Assembly (NCBI GenBank): GCA_963732385.1
Contig: CAVSZB010000007.1
Span: forward strand, 1,216,001-1,280,000
From: an uncultured bacterium
GTDB lineage: Bacteria > Krumholzibacteriota > Krumholzibacteriia > LZORAL124-64-63
Length of the DNA stretch: 64,000 nucleotides
Direction: 5' to 3'
Part shown: positions 39,422 to 48,329 of the stretch, piece after piece
How the letters are laid out: each line of letters begins with the position of its first letter
Position numbering within the stretch: the stretch's first letter is position 1
The notes under the pieces: generated by a model
The model's database searches: none
Seen by the model: the letters and a program-made list of their open reading frames with translations, nothing else
What the model was told of the DNA's origin: nothing
Translations under genes and position numbers: made by a program

Positions 39422-39597
39422 GATCCAGCCTCCGGGGTGAGTGGCGCGGCGGCGGGCGGGACGACCCGCCGCGGACACTGCATCCTAACCGCAAGGAGCC
39501 GGGAATGTCCCCCGTTCCGATGGCCGGCATAAGCCAGGGGCCGCCCAGCGGTGGGACGGCCCCGGGTCTTCCGCCTGCCGGCGCGGCGCGTGTCCGG

Positions 39598-41499
39598 TCA
39601 GTGTTTTTCGTCCTCGATCTTCCGGCCTGTCAGTTCCTCCCACTCCAGCGGGTGCTCGCTCTTGAGCTGGCGCTCCGGCATCATCCCGTTGATCCAGCTC
39701 GGATTCATCGGGTAGACCTTCGGGTTGAACACGGTCGCGTACATGTGCCAGATCAGGATCGCCAGGAAGGCCAGCCACGCCTCGTAGTAATGGATCACCA
39801 GCAGGACATCGAGCAGCCCCTTGGGGAAGAACTTCACGGCGTAGTTGTCGAACCACAGGAACAGTCCGGTAATCCCCATCACCACGGTGCCCCAGACGAG
39901 GGCCCAGTATTCGGCCTTCTCCACATAGGAGAACCGCCCGAAATGCGGATGTTGGGCGCTTTTGCCCAGGTTGTACTTCATCATCTGGAAGAACTGGATC
40001 ACGTCCAGCTTGCCCGGGAGCATGTCGCGCACGAAGCAGCGGCCCCGCTTCGTGACCAGGAAGATCAGGTGCCACAGCCCGCCCAGCAACAGCAGCACGC
40101 CCGCGGACCGGTGGATGATGCCGCGCGTCGTGTAACCGCCCTCGCGGCCGAAAACGAGCGTGCTCCACCAGGCGTCGTAGTAGCGAAGCGCGAAGCCGGT
40201 CACCACCAGTACCGTGAAGGCGAGCGCCAGCACGGTGTGCTGCACCACTTCGTCCGCGTCCATGCGCCGGACCTGCTTCTCCCGCATCACCGCGATGATC
40301 TGGCGGAACAGGTCGATCAGCCAGTGTACGATCATGCCGCCGATCACAACCACTATCAGGATGACATAGATGATCTTCACGAGGTGCGGCCAGCCCCGAT
40401 CATGTCCGGTGGCCGTGGAGTGGATCGAGGTGGCGGCGAGCTTGGCCGTGATGCCGGGGTGGCACTGCCCGCAGGTGTGCTGCAGGTTGGCCGGCGCGAT
40501 CGAGGAGGTCGCGTCGGATGACGGCAGGATGCGGTGCGCGCCGTGGCAGGAACCGCAGTTGGCCACCAATTTGTCGCCCGCCCGGCTCTTGAGACCATGG
40601 TACGAATCGCGGAACGACTGCAGACGTCCGCTCGGCAGGTCGTACTTCTCGTTCAGGAACGCCGACTCGTGGCACGGCGTGCAGGTGGCCTCGGCGACGC
40701 GATATGGGCTGACCGGGGAGCGTGGGTCGCTCACCGGCAGGATGCCGTGCTCGCCGTGGCAGTGGGTGCAGGTCGGCGCGTCGACCTCGCCGCGCGCGAC
40801 CAGCTGGCCGTGGATCCCCTCCATGTAGTCCTGGGCGATGGCGGTGTGGCACTTGCCGCAGGTCTTCGGGATGTTGAAGAAGTTGATGGTCGAGCTGATG
40901 TCCCCGGGGGGCAGGATGTGGTGCGCGTTGCCGCCAGTGGAGTGGCAATCATTGCAGGAGGCTGCCGTGTGGATGCCCCCCGACATGGCGCGCCCGTGCA
41001 CGCTCTTCGAGTAGACGCGGATCGGGTGCTTGAACTTGATATTGCGGCCGCTGATGAGCGTCGAATCCTCATGGCACTTGCCGCAGGTCTCCGGCAGATT
41101 CACCGGGCTCACCGCCGAGTGGTTGTCGCTGCCGGCGAGGATCTGGTGCGAGCCGTGGCAATCGCCGCAGTTCGGCACCGAGGTCGACTGCCCGACCATC
41201 GCGCGCCCGTGCTGCCTGTAGGTATCGACCTCTTCCGCGTGGCAGCCGGCGCAGTTCGCCGGAGACAGTTTCTCCGGGTGCGGCAACTCGGTGATGTCGG
41301 AGTGACAGTCCAGACACGAAAGCCCTTCGTGGAGGCTCCCTTTCAGGGTCTCGGCGCTGACCTCCGCCGGCTGTCCGCCCGAGCCGGTGTGGCAGGTGGC
41401 GCAGTCGGTTTCGGTGATCTGCGCCCGCAACGGCGCAACCCCGCCAAAGCTAATGAATAGAAGGGCCATCAGCACCGTCGAGGCCGTCGTCCACTTCAT
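39598..41499 (-). CDS. Second CbcL-like multiheme cytochrome c / cytochrome b fusion, 11 CxxCH
   Basis: Signal peptide; 11 counted CxxCH motifs; IIHRSAG, FGRFSYVEKAEYWALVWG, IHYYEAWLA, EHPLEWE. Confidence 0.88.
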   Translation of the reverse strand: MKWTTASTVLMALLFISFGGVAPLRAQITETDCATCHTGSGGQPAEVSAETLKGSLHEGLSCLDCHSDITELPHPEKLSPANCAGCHAEEVDTYRQHGRAMVGQSTSVPNCGDCHGSHQILAGSDNHSAVSPVNLPETCGKCHEDSTLISGRNIKFKHPIRVYSKSVHGRAMSGGIHTAASCNDCHSTGGNAHHILPPGDISSTINFFNIPKTCGKCHTAIAQDYMEGIHGQLVARGEVDAPTCTHCHGEHGILPVSDPRSPVSPYRVAEATCTPCHESAFLNEKYDLPSGRLQSFRDSYHGLKSRAGDKLVANCGSCHGAHRILPSSDATSSIAPANLQHTCGQCHPGITAKLAATSIHSTATGHDRGWPHLVKIIYVILIVVVIGGMIVHWLIDLFRQIIAVMREKQVRRMDADEVVQHTVLALAFTVLVVTGFALRYYDAWWSTLVFGREGGYTTRGIIHRSAGVLLLLGGLWHLIFLVTKRGRCFVRDMLPGKLDVIQFFQMMKYNLGKSAQHPHFGRFSYVEKAEYWALVWGTVVMGITGLFLWFDNYAVKFFPKGLLDVLLVIHYYEAWLAFLAILIWHMYATVFNPKVYPMNPSWINGMMPERQLKSEHPLEWEELTGRKIEDEKH

Positions 41500-41715
41500 C
41501 AAATCCACCTCGCTTCGAATACCCCTGTACGCACTGTAGATTCCCCGTAATGAAAGGGCTTGTTCCGGAGAGAAGCAAGCTCCAGTTTAGGCCCCGCGAA
41601 ATTCTATTAAGATAATAATTGTAGCCATTTACCGGGTATTGATCGGGCCTGTTTTCAGCGCGGCCGGCGCTCCTCTTCCGGACGGAATTTCCTGCCTGCA
41701 GATGTGGGAGGGGGT

Positions 41716-42858
41716 CTAGCGGCGGCGGTCGGTCAGCGCCTCGCGCAACACCGCCTCGGTGCCGTCGAGCATGCCCTCCTCGGCGAACCGCGCCTCGGCC
41801 AGAGCGCGGGAGCGCGCGCCCATGGCGCGGCGGCGCGCCGGATCGGCCAGCAAAGAGACGAGCGCGTCGGCCAGCGCCGCCTCGTCGCACGGCGGCACGA
41901 TCAGGCCGTTGAGACCCGGTTCGACGCAGGCGCGCACGCCCGGCACATCGGTCGCCACGATCGGCAGGCCGCACGCCAGGGCCTCGAGCAGCACCCACGC
42001 CATGCCTTCGTTGTCGGATGACAGCACCAGCAGGTCGGCGGCGGCCAGCGCCGGGCGGACGTCAGGCAGGAAGCCGGCCAGCACGAAGCGATCGGCCAGA
42101 TTGAGCTCGCGGACCCGCGCCTCGAGGGCCGGGCGCAGGAAACCCTCCCCCACGACCACGACGCGGGCCTCCGGCAGCACCCCACGCAGGCGCGCGACCG
42201 CCCGCGCGAGCAGATCGTGGTCCTTCTGGGGGGTGAGACCGCCCACCGCCAGGGCGAGCGGCGCGTCCGCGGGGACGCCCCAGAGCCGGCGCAGCGACGC
42301 CCCGTCGCCGCCGGGAAGGAACCTCGCCAGGTCGACGCCGTTGTGCACGACGCGCACCTTGTCCGCGTCGATCCACGGCAGGGCAGCCAGCCCGGCGCGG
42401 ATCTCCTCCGCGTTCACCAGCACGCGTTGTGACAGCCGGAAGACGAGCCGCCGCTTGAAATCGCCGCGCGGCGTCACCCGCAGGCCCAGCGCGCTCACCG
42501 CGAGCGGCGTTCCGGCCAGCCGCGCCGCCACGCCGCCCAGGAGATACTCCCGCCACTTCGTGAGGATCACGGCGTCGGCCCGCCCGCGGCGCAGCGTTCC
42601 GGCCAGCGCGGCCACCGCCGGCAGATCGGCGTCGCTCCGCGGGCGCCAGAGCGCGTTCACCAGGCCGGCCGCCGCCGCCCGCTCCCCCACGACGTCGTGG
42701 CCCCAGAGCAGCGTCACCTCGTGCCCGCGCCGGCAAAGACCGGCGGCCAGCTGCACGGCGTAGTGCTCCATGCCGCCCCAGCTGCGACTCGTGTTCGTGA
42801 TCACCAGTCGCAGCGGGCGCCCGGTGGGCGCCGTTTCAGCCGCGGAACTGCAGGTCAT
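41716..42858 (-). CDS. Glycosyltransferase family 4
   Basis: WGGMEHY, VHNGVD, KDH, SSDNEGMAWVLLEALACGLPIVATDV; start approximate. Confidence 0.9.
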   Translation of the reverse strand: MTCSSAAETAPTGRPLRLVITNTSRSWGGMEHYAVQLAAGLCRRGHEVTLLWGHDVVGERAAAAGLVNALWRPRSDADLPAVAALAGTLRRGRADAVILTKWREYLLGGVAARLAGTPLAVSALGLRVTPRGDFKRRLVFRLSQRVLVNAEEIRAGLAALPWIDADKVRVVHNGVDLARFLPGGDGASLRRLWGVPADAPLALAVGGLTPQKDHDLLARAVARLRGVLPEARVVVVGEGFLRPALEARVRELNLADRFVLAGFLPDVRPALAAADLLVLSSDNEGMAWVLLEALACGLPIVATDVPGVRACVEPGLNGLIVPPCDEAALADALVSLLADPARRRAMGARSRALAEARFAEEGMLDGTEAVLREALTDRRR

Positions 42859-44791
42859 GGAGGACACGGTAGGGCCCCTCCTGCGCGAGGAGCTCGGCGT
42901 GGGCGCCGGTCTGGACGATGCGACCGTCCTTGAGCACGTAGATCCGATCGGCGCTCTGGATGGTGGACAGCCGGTGGGCGATCACGAACGTCGTGCGGTT
43001 GCGCACCAGACGGTCGATCGCCTCCTGCACCAGCAGCTCGGACTCGGTGTCGAGCGCGCTGGTGGCTTCGTCGAAGATGAGGATCGGCGGATCGCGCAGG
43101 ATCGCCCGCGCGATCGACAGCCGTTGCCGTTGGCCGCCGGAAAGCTTCACGCCGCGGTCGCCGATCACCGTGTCGTAACCGTTCGGCATCTGCTGGATGA
43201 ACTCGTGGGCGTTGGCGGCCCGCGCCGCCGCCTCGATCCGCACCGCGGGAACGTCCGCGAGACCGTAGGCGATGTTCGCGCGCACCGTATCGTTGAAGAG
43301 GATGACCTCCTGCGTGACGATGCCCATGGCGCGCCGCAGCGAGCCGAGGGTGAATTCGCGGGCATTGTGGCCGTCGATCAGCAGCCGCCCCGCCTGGGGG
43401 TCGTAGAAGCGGGGGATCAGGTCGACGAGGGTCGATTTGCCGGCGCCGCTCGCCCCGACCAGCGCCACGATCTCCCCCGGCGCCACGCGCAGGTTGATGT
43501 CGCGCAGGACCGGCCCGCCCGAATCGTAGGCGAACGTAACCTGTTCGAACACGACCTCGCCGCGCACGGTGCCCAGGTCGCGCGCGCGGGCGTCGTCCGC
43601 GGATTCGGAAGGGGCGTCGATCACGGAAAATATGCGCTCCGCCGCCGCCGTGCCCTCCTGGATGGCGTTGTTGACCCCGCTCAACTCCTTGATCGGGCGT
43701 ACGAGCGAGAAGATGGACACGAGGAACAGGATGAACAGGTCGGGCGGCAACTGCTCGGCGCCCGACAGCACCTCGCGTCCGCCGTACCAGAGGATGGACA
43801 GCCCCACGACCACGGAAAGCTGTTCAGTGAGCGGCGAGGAGATGCTCTGCATGCGCGCGATCTTGAACATGTCGCGATACAGACGACGCGACTCCCGCCA
43901 GAACCGGTCGGTTTCATATCGCTCCATGGCGAACGCCTTCACCACGCGCACTCCCGAGACGGTCTCCTGCAGGATCGCCGTTAGGTTGGCCAGCTTCTCC
44001 TGCTGCCGGTGGCTGTAGCGGCGCAGCCGCCGTCCGATCTGGACGATGGTCAGCAGGCTCAACGGCAGCACGGCCAGCGCGATCAGGGTGAGCCGCCAGC
44101 TGATCACGAGCGCCGCCCCGAGGTACATCAGGATGAAAATGGGATCGCGCACCAGATTCGTGAAGCTGACGTTCACGCACTTGTTCGCGATCTGGACATC
44201 ATTCGTGGCCCGGCTGATCAACTCGCCCGCTCGGTGCCGGTGGAAGAACGACAACGGCAGGCGCAGGAGCCGGGCGAACAGGTCGTCGCGCAGATCGCGG
44301 ATGACCCGCAATCCGACCTGGGCCATCAGCACCGCCTGCCCGTAGCCGGCGAGGTTCTTGGCGAGCCAGAGGAAGAAGAAGGCGACACAGATGCGCCACA
44401 GCTGCTCCAGCTTGGTGCCCCGCAGCAGCCAGCCGTCCATGCGCGCCTTGAGCCGGTCGCGCAGGGCGGTCAGCCCCTCGACACGCCGCTGCAGATCATG
44501 GGCTGAGGCAGCGGTGCCGTCCTCGCCACGGTCGTCGGGCGCGATCGCGGCCGATCCGCCCGGCCCCCCGGCGACCGCAGCGCCGGCCACCGGCATCGGT
44601 GGCAGGAGAACCGGCGCGGCCGTCGCCACCACGACCGTCGGCTCCGGCAGGAAAAGGGTCTTGAGGAACGGCGAGATCATCCAGATGCTGAAGATGCTCA
44701 GCACCGAGAACACGATCATCAACAGCACCGAAATAGCCACGTGCGCCGCGTACGGCCTGACGTAGCGCAATATCCGCCAATAGGTACGCAT
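42836..44791 (-). CDS. MsbA-like ABC transporter (fused permease/ATPase)
   Basis: GASGAGKST, LSGGQRQR, DEATSALD, IAHRLST; N-terminal TM domain. Confidence 0.9.
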   Translation of the reverse strand: MRTYWRILRYVRPYAAHVAISVLLMIVFSVLSIFSIWMISPFLKTLFLPEPTVVVATAAPVLLPPMPVAGAAVAGGPGGSAAIAPDDRGEDGTAASAHDLQRRVEGLTALRDRLKARMDGWLLRGTKLEQLWRICVAFFFLWLAKNLAGYGQAVLMAQVGLRVIRDLRDDLFARLLRLPLSFFHRHRAGELISRATNDVQIANKCVNVSFTNLVRDPIFILMYLGAALVISWRLTLIALAVLPLSLLTIVQIGRRLRRYSHRQQEKLANLTAILQETVSGVRVVKAFAMERYETDRFWRESRRLYRDMFKIARMQSISSPLTEQLSVVVGLSILWYGGREVLSGAEQLPPDLFILFLVSIFSLVRPIKELSGVNNAIQEGTAAAERIFSVIDAPSESADDARARDLGTVRGEVVFEQVTFAYDSGGPVLRDINLRVAPGEIVALVGASGAGKSTLVDLIPRFYDPQAGRLLIDGHNAREFTLGSLRRAMGIVTQEVILFNDTVRANIAYGLADVPAVRIEAAARAANAHEFIQQMPNGYDTVIGDRGVKLSGGQRQRLSIARAILRDPPILIFDEATSALDTESELLVQEAIDRLVRNRTTFVIAHRLSTIQSADRIYVLKDGRIVQTGAHAELLAQEGPYRVLHDLQFRG

Positions 44792-44940
44792 CCGGGAATC
44801 CTTGACCGGAGATGGAGCCGAGCCTGCGGCTAAGGTCGCCCGGACCATCCGCCCGGTCAAGTCAACTCGATCGCAGATACGAAGCCGCTGCGTTTCCCGA
44901 CGGCCAGAGGGAGATCCAGGCTCGGCCGCGGACCGCAGCT

Positions 44941-44977
44941 GGAGAATAGTCTCCGAATTCATTGGAGACTATTCTCC
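44941..44977. repeat. 14-bp perfect inverted repeat
   Basis: GGAGAATAGTCTCC-N9-GGAGACTATTCTCC in the divergent intergenic region. Confidence 0.75.
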
Positions 44978-44999
44978 GGCCAGCGCCCGATGAGGCCAG

Positions 45000-45024
45000 T
45001 AACTTATTGCATACAAATAAGTTA
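45000..45024. promoter_or_regulatory. AT-rich dyad, possible operator
   Basis: TAACTTATT-N7-AATAAGTTA upstream of the cus-like operon. Confidence 0.45.
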
Positions 45025-45087
45025 TGTTTTGGCCTGTCCTGTGCTGTCTCCCGCATCAGACCCACGCGAGGCCCGAAGGAGGTTGAG

Positions 45088-45264
45088 ATGACGGTCGCCT
45101 TCAACATCTGCGCACTGCTGATCATGGCCGGCCTCATCTGGCTGTTCCTCTGGACAGGACGAGAGCCTCGTACGCGGAGAACTTCCTCCGCTGATCAACA
45201 GGACCGGACCGTCGGGACACGGAGACCTGATTCACCGTCCACCCGGACTTGCCGTTCACTGTAG
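45088..45264 (+). CDS. Small single-TM protein (58 aa)
   Basis: AAGGAGG RBS, ATG 45088, MTVAFNICALLIMAGLIWLFLWTG. Confidence 0.45.
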   Translation: MTVAFNICALLIMAGLIWLFLWTGREPRTRRTSSADQQDRTVGTRRPDSPSTRTCRSL

Positions 45265-45283
45265 TTCGAGAAAGGACCCTGAC

Positions 45284-45700
45284 ATGCGTGCATTGCGCTT
45301 CCTCAACATCATCGGCGTTCTCGCCGCCCTCTTCATGGCCGCGGGCACGGCCGTCGCCGGCAAGACCGCGGCGCAGGCCCAACCGCAGAGCACCTGCCCC
45401 GTGACCGGCAAACCGATCGACAAGGGGGTCTCGACGACCTACGGCGGACAGAAGGTCTACTTCTGCTGTCCGAAGTGCATCGCGACCTTCGACAAGGATC
45501 CCGAGACTTATCTGGCGAAGCTCGGCAAGCAGGGCCAGATCGTCGAGTCGCAGCAGAAGTTCTGCCCGGTGTCGGGTGAGCCCATCGATGCGAAGGTCTC
45601 GGTCGACTACAAGGGACGCCACGTCTTCTTCTGCTGCGCCATGTGCATCAAGGATTTCCAGGCTGACCCGGCCAAGTACCTCCCGAGAATGGCGGCCTGA
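45284..45700 (+). CDS. Exported tandem YHS/TRASH metal-binding protein
   Basis: Signal peptide; two CPVxGxxID...(Y/F)FCCxxC...F..DP..YL repeats. Confidence 0.85.
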   Translation: MRALRFLNIIGVLAALFMAAGTAVAGKTAAQAQPQSTCPVTGKPIDKGVSTTYGGQKVYFCCPKCIATFDKDPETYLAKLGKQGQIVESQQKFCPVSGEPIDAKVSVDYKGRHVFFCCAMCIKDFQADPAKYLPRMAA

Positions 45701-47007
45701 TGAAACGACGCATCCGCATCCTGACCGGCGCGGTAATGGCCTGTGCGGCGCTGAGCGCCGCGCCCTCGAGGGGGCAGCAGTCCGCGGCCGTCGCCGACAC
45801 CGTCCCACCGGGGGATGTGGAGGCTTTCGTTGCTGACGTGCTGGCGCACGCGCCCTCGCTGGCCGCCCTTCAGGCACGCAGCGCCGCGGCCGCCCAGGGG
45901 ATCCGCGCGGCCGGCGCGCTGCCCGACCCCCGGCTCGAGTTCATGCTGCAGGACGTCGGCTTCCCCTCGCTCACCCTGGGTCGCGAGGCCATGTCGATGG
46001 CCGGTTTCGAAGTGACACAGGGGCTGCTCTGGCCCGGCAAACGTCGGGCGCGCTCGGCCGTCGCCACCGCCGAGGCCGGCGTGGCCGTCACCGAAGTCAC
46101 CGCGTTCAGGCGACGACTCGCCGCGGAGACGAGGATGCTGGGGGCGGCGCTCTATGCCCTGGACCGCGAGCGTGACCTCCTGAATTCCTCGCGCGAACTG
46201 CTCGAGATGCTGGCCGCCACGGTGACGGCGCGCTACGCCACGGGCGAGGCAGATCAGGAAGCTGTGCTGAAGCAGCAGTTGGCCGTGACCCGGCTCGACG
46301 AGCGGCTGGCGGACCTCGAGGCGAGCCGGGCCGGGCTGGCCGCGGAGATCAACCGGCTGTGCGGGCGATCCGGCGATGCGCCGGTGGGAGTGATCGCGTC
46401 GCTGCCGGATGTTACGCCACCGGCGCCGACACCCGCGGCGACGGCGGTGACCGGTGCGCCGGAGGTCGTGGTGCGCCGCGCCGGGCTGCAGGCGGCCCAG
46501 GCGCGTCTGACCCTGGCGCGGGCCGAGAAGCACCCGAACGCGGTGGCGGCCGCGGGCTACGGCTATCGCGACGGCTTCGATCCGGTCGTGACGCTGCGCT
46601 TCGGGCTGGAATTGCCGCTCTGGAGCGGCCGCAAGCAGGAGCCCCAGGCGCGGGCCGCCGCGTATGAGCTCGCAGCGGCGAAACACGAATTGGCCGCCGC
46701 CGAAGCCGCGGCCGACGCCGAGGCGACCCGGCTGGCGGCCGAGTGGCGGCGGGACGAAGCCCAGGTCCTGCTCTATCGGGAGTCGATCCTGCCCCGCACG
46801 AGTGCGGCATTCGACGCGGCGCGGGCCAACTACCTCGTCGGACGCGCGGACTTCGCCACCGTGGCCGAGGACTTCCGGATGTGGCTCGAAGCCCGCGTCG
46901 AGCTCGCCCGTCGCCAAGCCGATCGTTTCTCGGTTTGGGCCCGGATCGCAGCGCTCGTCGGCGAACCGACGCCGGACACGACCGGCGCCAGGAAGGAGCA
47001 ATCGTGA
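45700..47007 (+). CDS. TolC-family outer-membrane efflux protein (CusC-like)
   Basis: ALPDP, WPGKR, RYATG, LPLW, NYLVGRADF; operon context. Confidence 0.85.
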   Translation: MKRRIRILTGAVMACAALSAAPSRGQQSAAVADTVPPGDVEAFVADVLAHAPSLAALQARSAAAAQGIRAAGALPDPRLEFMLQDVGFPSLTLGREAMSMAGFEVTQGLLWPGKRRARSAVATAEAGVAVTEVTAFRRRLAAETRMLGAALYALDRERDLLNSSRELLEMLAATVTARYATGEADQEAVLKQQLAVTRLDERLADLEASRAGLAAEINRLCGRSGDAPVGVIASLPDVTPPAPTPAATAVTGAPEVVVRRAGLQAAQARLTLARAEKHPNAVAAAGYGYRDGFDPVVTLRFGLELPLWSGRKQEPQARAAAYELAAAKHELAAAEAAADAEATRLAAEWRRDEAQVLLYRESILPRTSAAFDAARANYLVGRADFATVAEDFRMWLEARVELARRQADRFSVWARIAALVGEPTPDTTGARKEQS

Positions 47008-48329
47008 ATCCCCGCATCCGTATGGGGCGGCTGAACCTGTCGCCATTGCTCGTGGCCGTCGGCGCGATCCTGCTCGTGGGAATTCTGGCGGGGGGCGGCT
47101 GCAGTCCACAGAAGGCGGACGCCACCCCCTACCACTGCCCCATGCATCCGACCTATGTAGCGGATCGACCGGGCGATTGCCCGATCTGCGGCATGCGGCT
47201 GGTCCCGGTAAAGCCCGCTCAGCCGGCCGAGGTTGAACAGTCGGCTCCCGACACGGAAACCGGTGTTGCGGACCTGGCGACGGTCACCATGAACGCGGAA
47301 GAGATGCGCCTGACCGGAGTGATGACGGCCGTCGCGGAGCGGGGTCCGTTCGTGCGCACGGTGCGCGCGGTCGGAACCGTGAAGGCGGACGAAACCCGCG
47401 TCCGGCGCGTCCAGACGCGGGTCGGAGGATATGTTGAAAGACTGCAGGCGAACTTCACCGGCCAGCTGATCCGCCGGGGAGATCCCGTTCTGGGCATCTA
47501 CTCGCCGGAACTGCTGTCGTCCCAGGAGGAGTTCCTGCGGGCTTGCGAGACGGCCAAGCGCTTCGCGACCTCGAGCCTTCCCGAGACTCGCCGCGGCGGC
47601 GAGGACCTCCTGCGGGCGTCGCGCCAGCGGCTCGAGCTGTTCGACGTGCCGGAGTCGTTCATCGCCAGCCTCGAGCAGACCGGCCGGGCGGAGCGGGTCG
47701 TCACTCTGACGGCGCCGATCTCGGGCTACATCACCGCCAAGGACGTATTGATCGGGCAGCGGGTCGAGCCGGGGATGGAACTCTTCACGGTGACGGACCT
47801 GAGCGCTGTCTGGGTCGAAGCCGCGTTCTACGAGTCCGAGGCGCCGGCGATTACCGTTGGGGCGACGGCCACGCTCACACTCCCCTATGACCCGTCCCTG
47901 AAACTGCAGGGGCGCGTGGCCTACATCTATCCCTACCTGAACTTGGAAACGCGAACCCTGCCGGTGCGTTTCGATGTGCCCAACCCCGGGCTCGCCCTCA
48001 AACCGGGCATGTATGCGAACGTCGATCTCAGCATCGACCAGGGCGAACAGGTCACCGTGCCCGCCGACGCCGTGATGGATACGGGGACCCGGCAGATCGT
48101 GTTCGTCGCGGGCGCCAACGGCTCCTTCGCGCCCCGCCTGGTGACCGTGGGCGCCCGCGCGAACGGTCTTGCGTCCATCCTGACGGGTCTCGCGCCGGGC
48201 GAGCAGGTCGCCGTGAAAGCGAACTTCCTGCTCGACTCCGAGTCCCGCCTGCGGGCGGCCATCGCGGGCGCGACCTCCCCGAACGCGCCCTCCGCCCCCG
48301 GCAACCAGCACGCGGGAGACGGGCAGTGA
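47004..48329 (+). CDS. cusB: RND periplasmic adaptor with heavy-metal-binding domain
   Basis: YHCPMHP...PGDCPICGMRL, YSPEL, LKPGMY, FLLDSESRL; GTGA overlap with the upstream stop. Confidence 0.9.
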   Translation: MNPRIRMGRLNLSPLLVAVGAILLVGILAGGGCSPQKADATPYHCPMHPTYVADRPGDCPICGMRLVPVKPAQPAEVEQSAPDTETGVADLATVTMNAEEMRLTGVMTAVAERGPFVRTVRAVGTVKADETRVRRVQTRVGGYVERLQANFTGQLIRRGDPVLGIYSPELLSSQEEFLRACETAKRFATSSLPETRRGGEDLLRASRQRLELFDVPESFIASLEQTGRAERVVTLTAPISGYITAKDVLIGQRVEPGMELFTVTDLSAVWVEAAFYESEAPAITVGATATLTLPYDPSLKLQGRVAYIYPYLNLETRTLPVRFDVPNPGLALKPGMYANVDLSIDQGEQVTVPADAVMDTGTRQIVFVAGANGSFAPRLVTVGARANGLASILTGLAPGEQVAVKANFLLDSESRLRAAIAGATSPNAPSAPGNQHAGDGQ

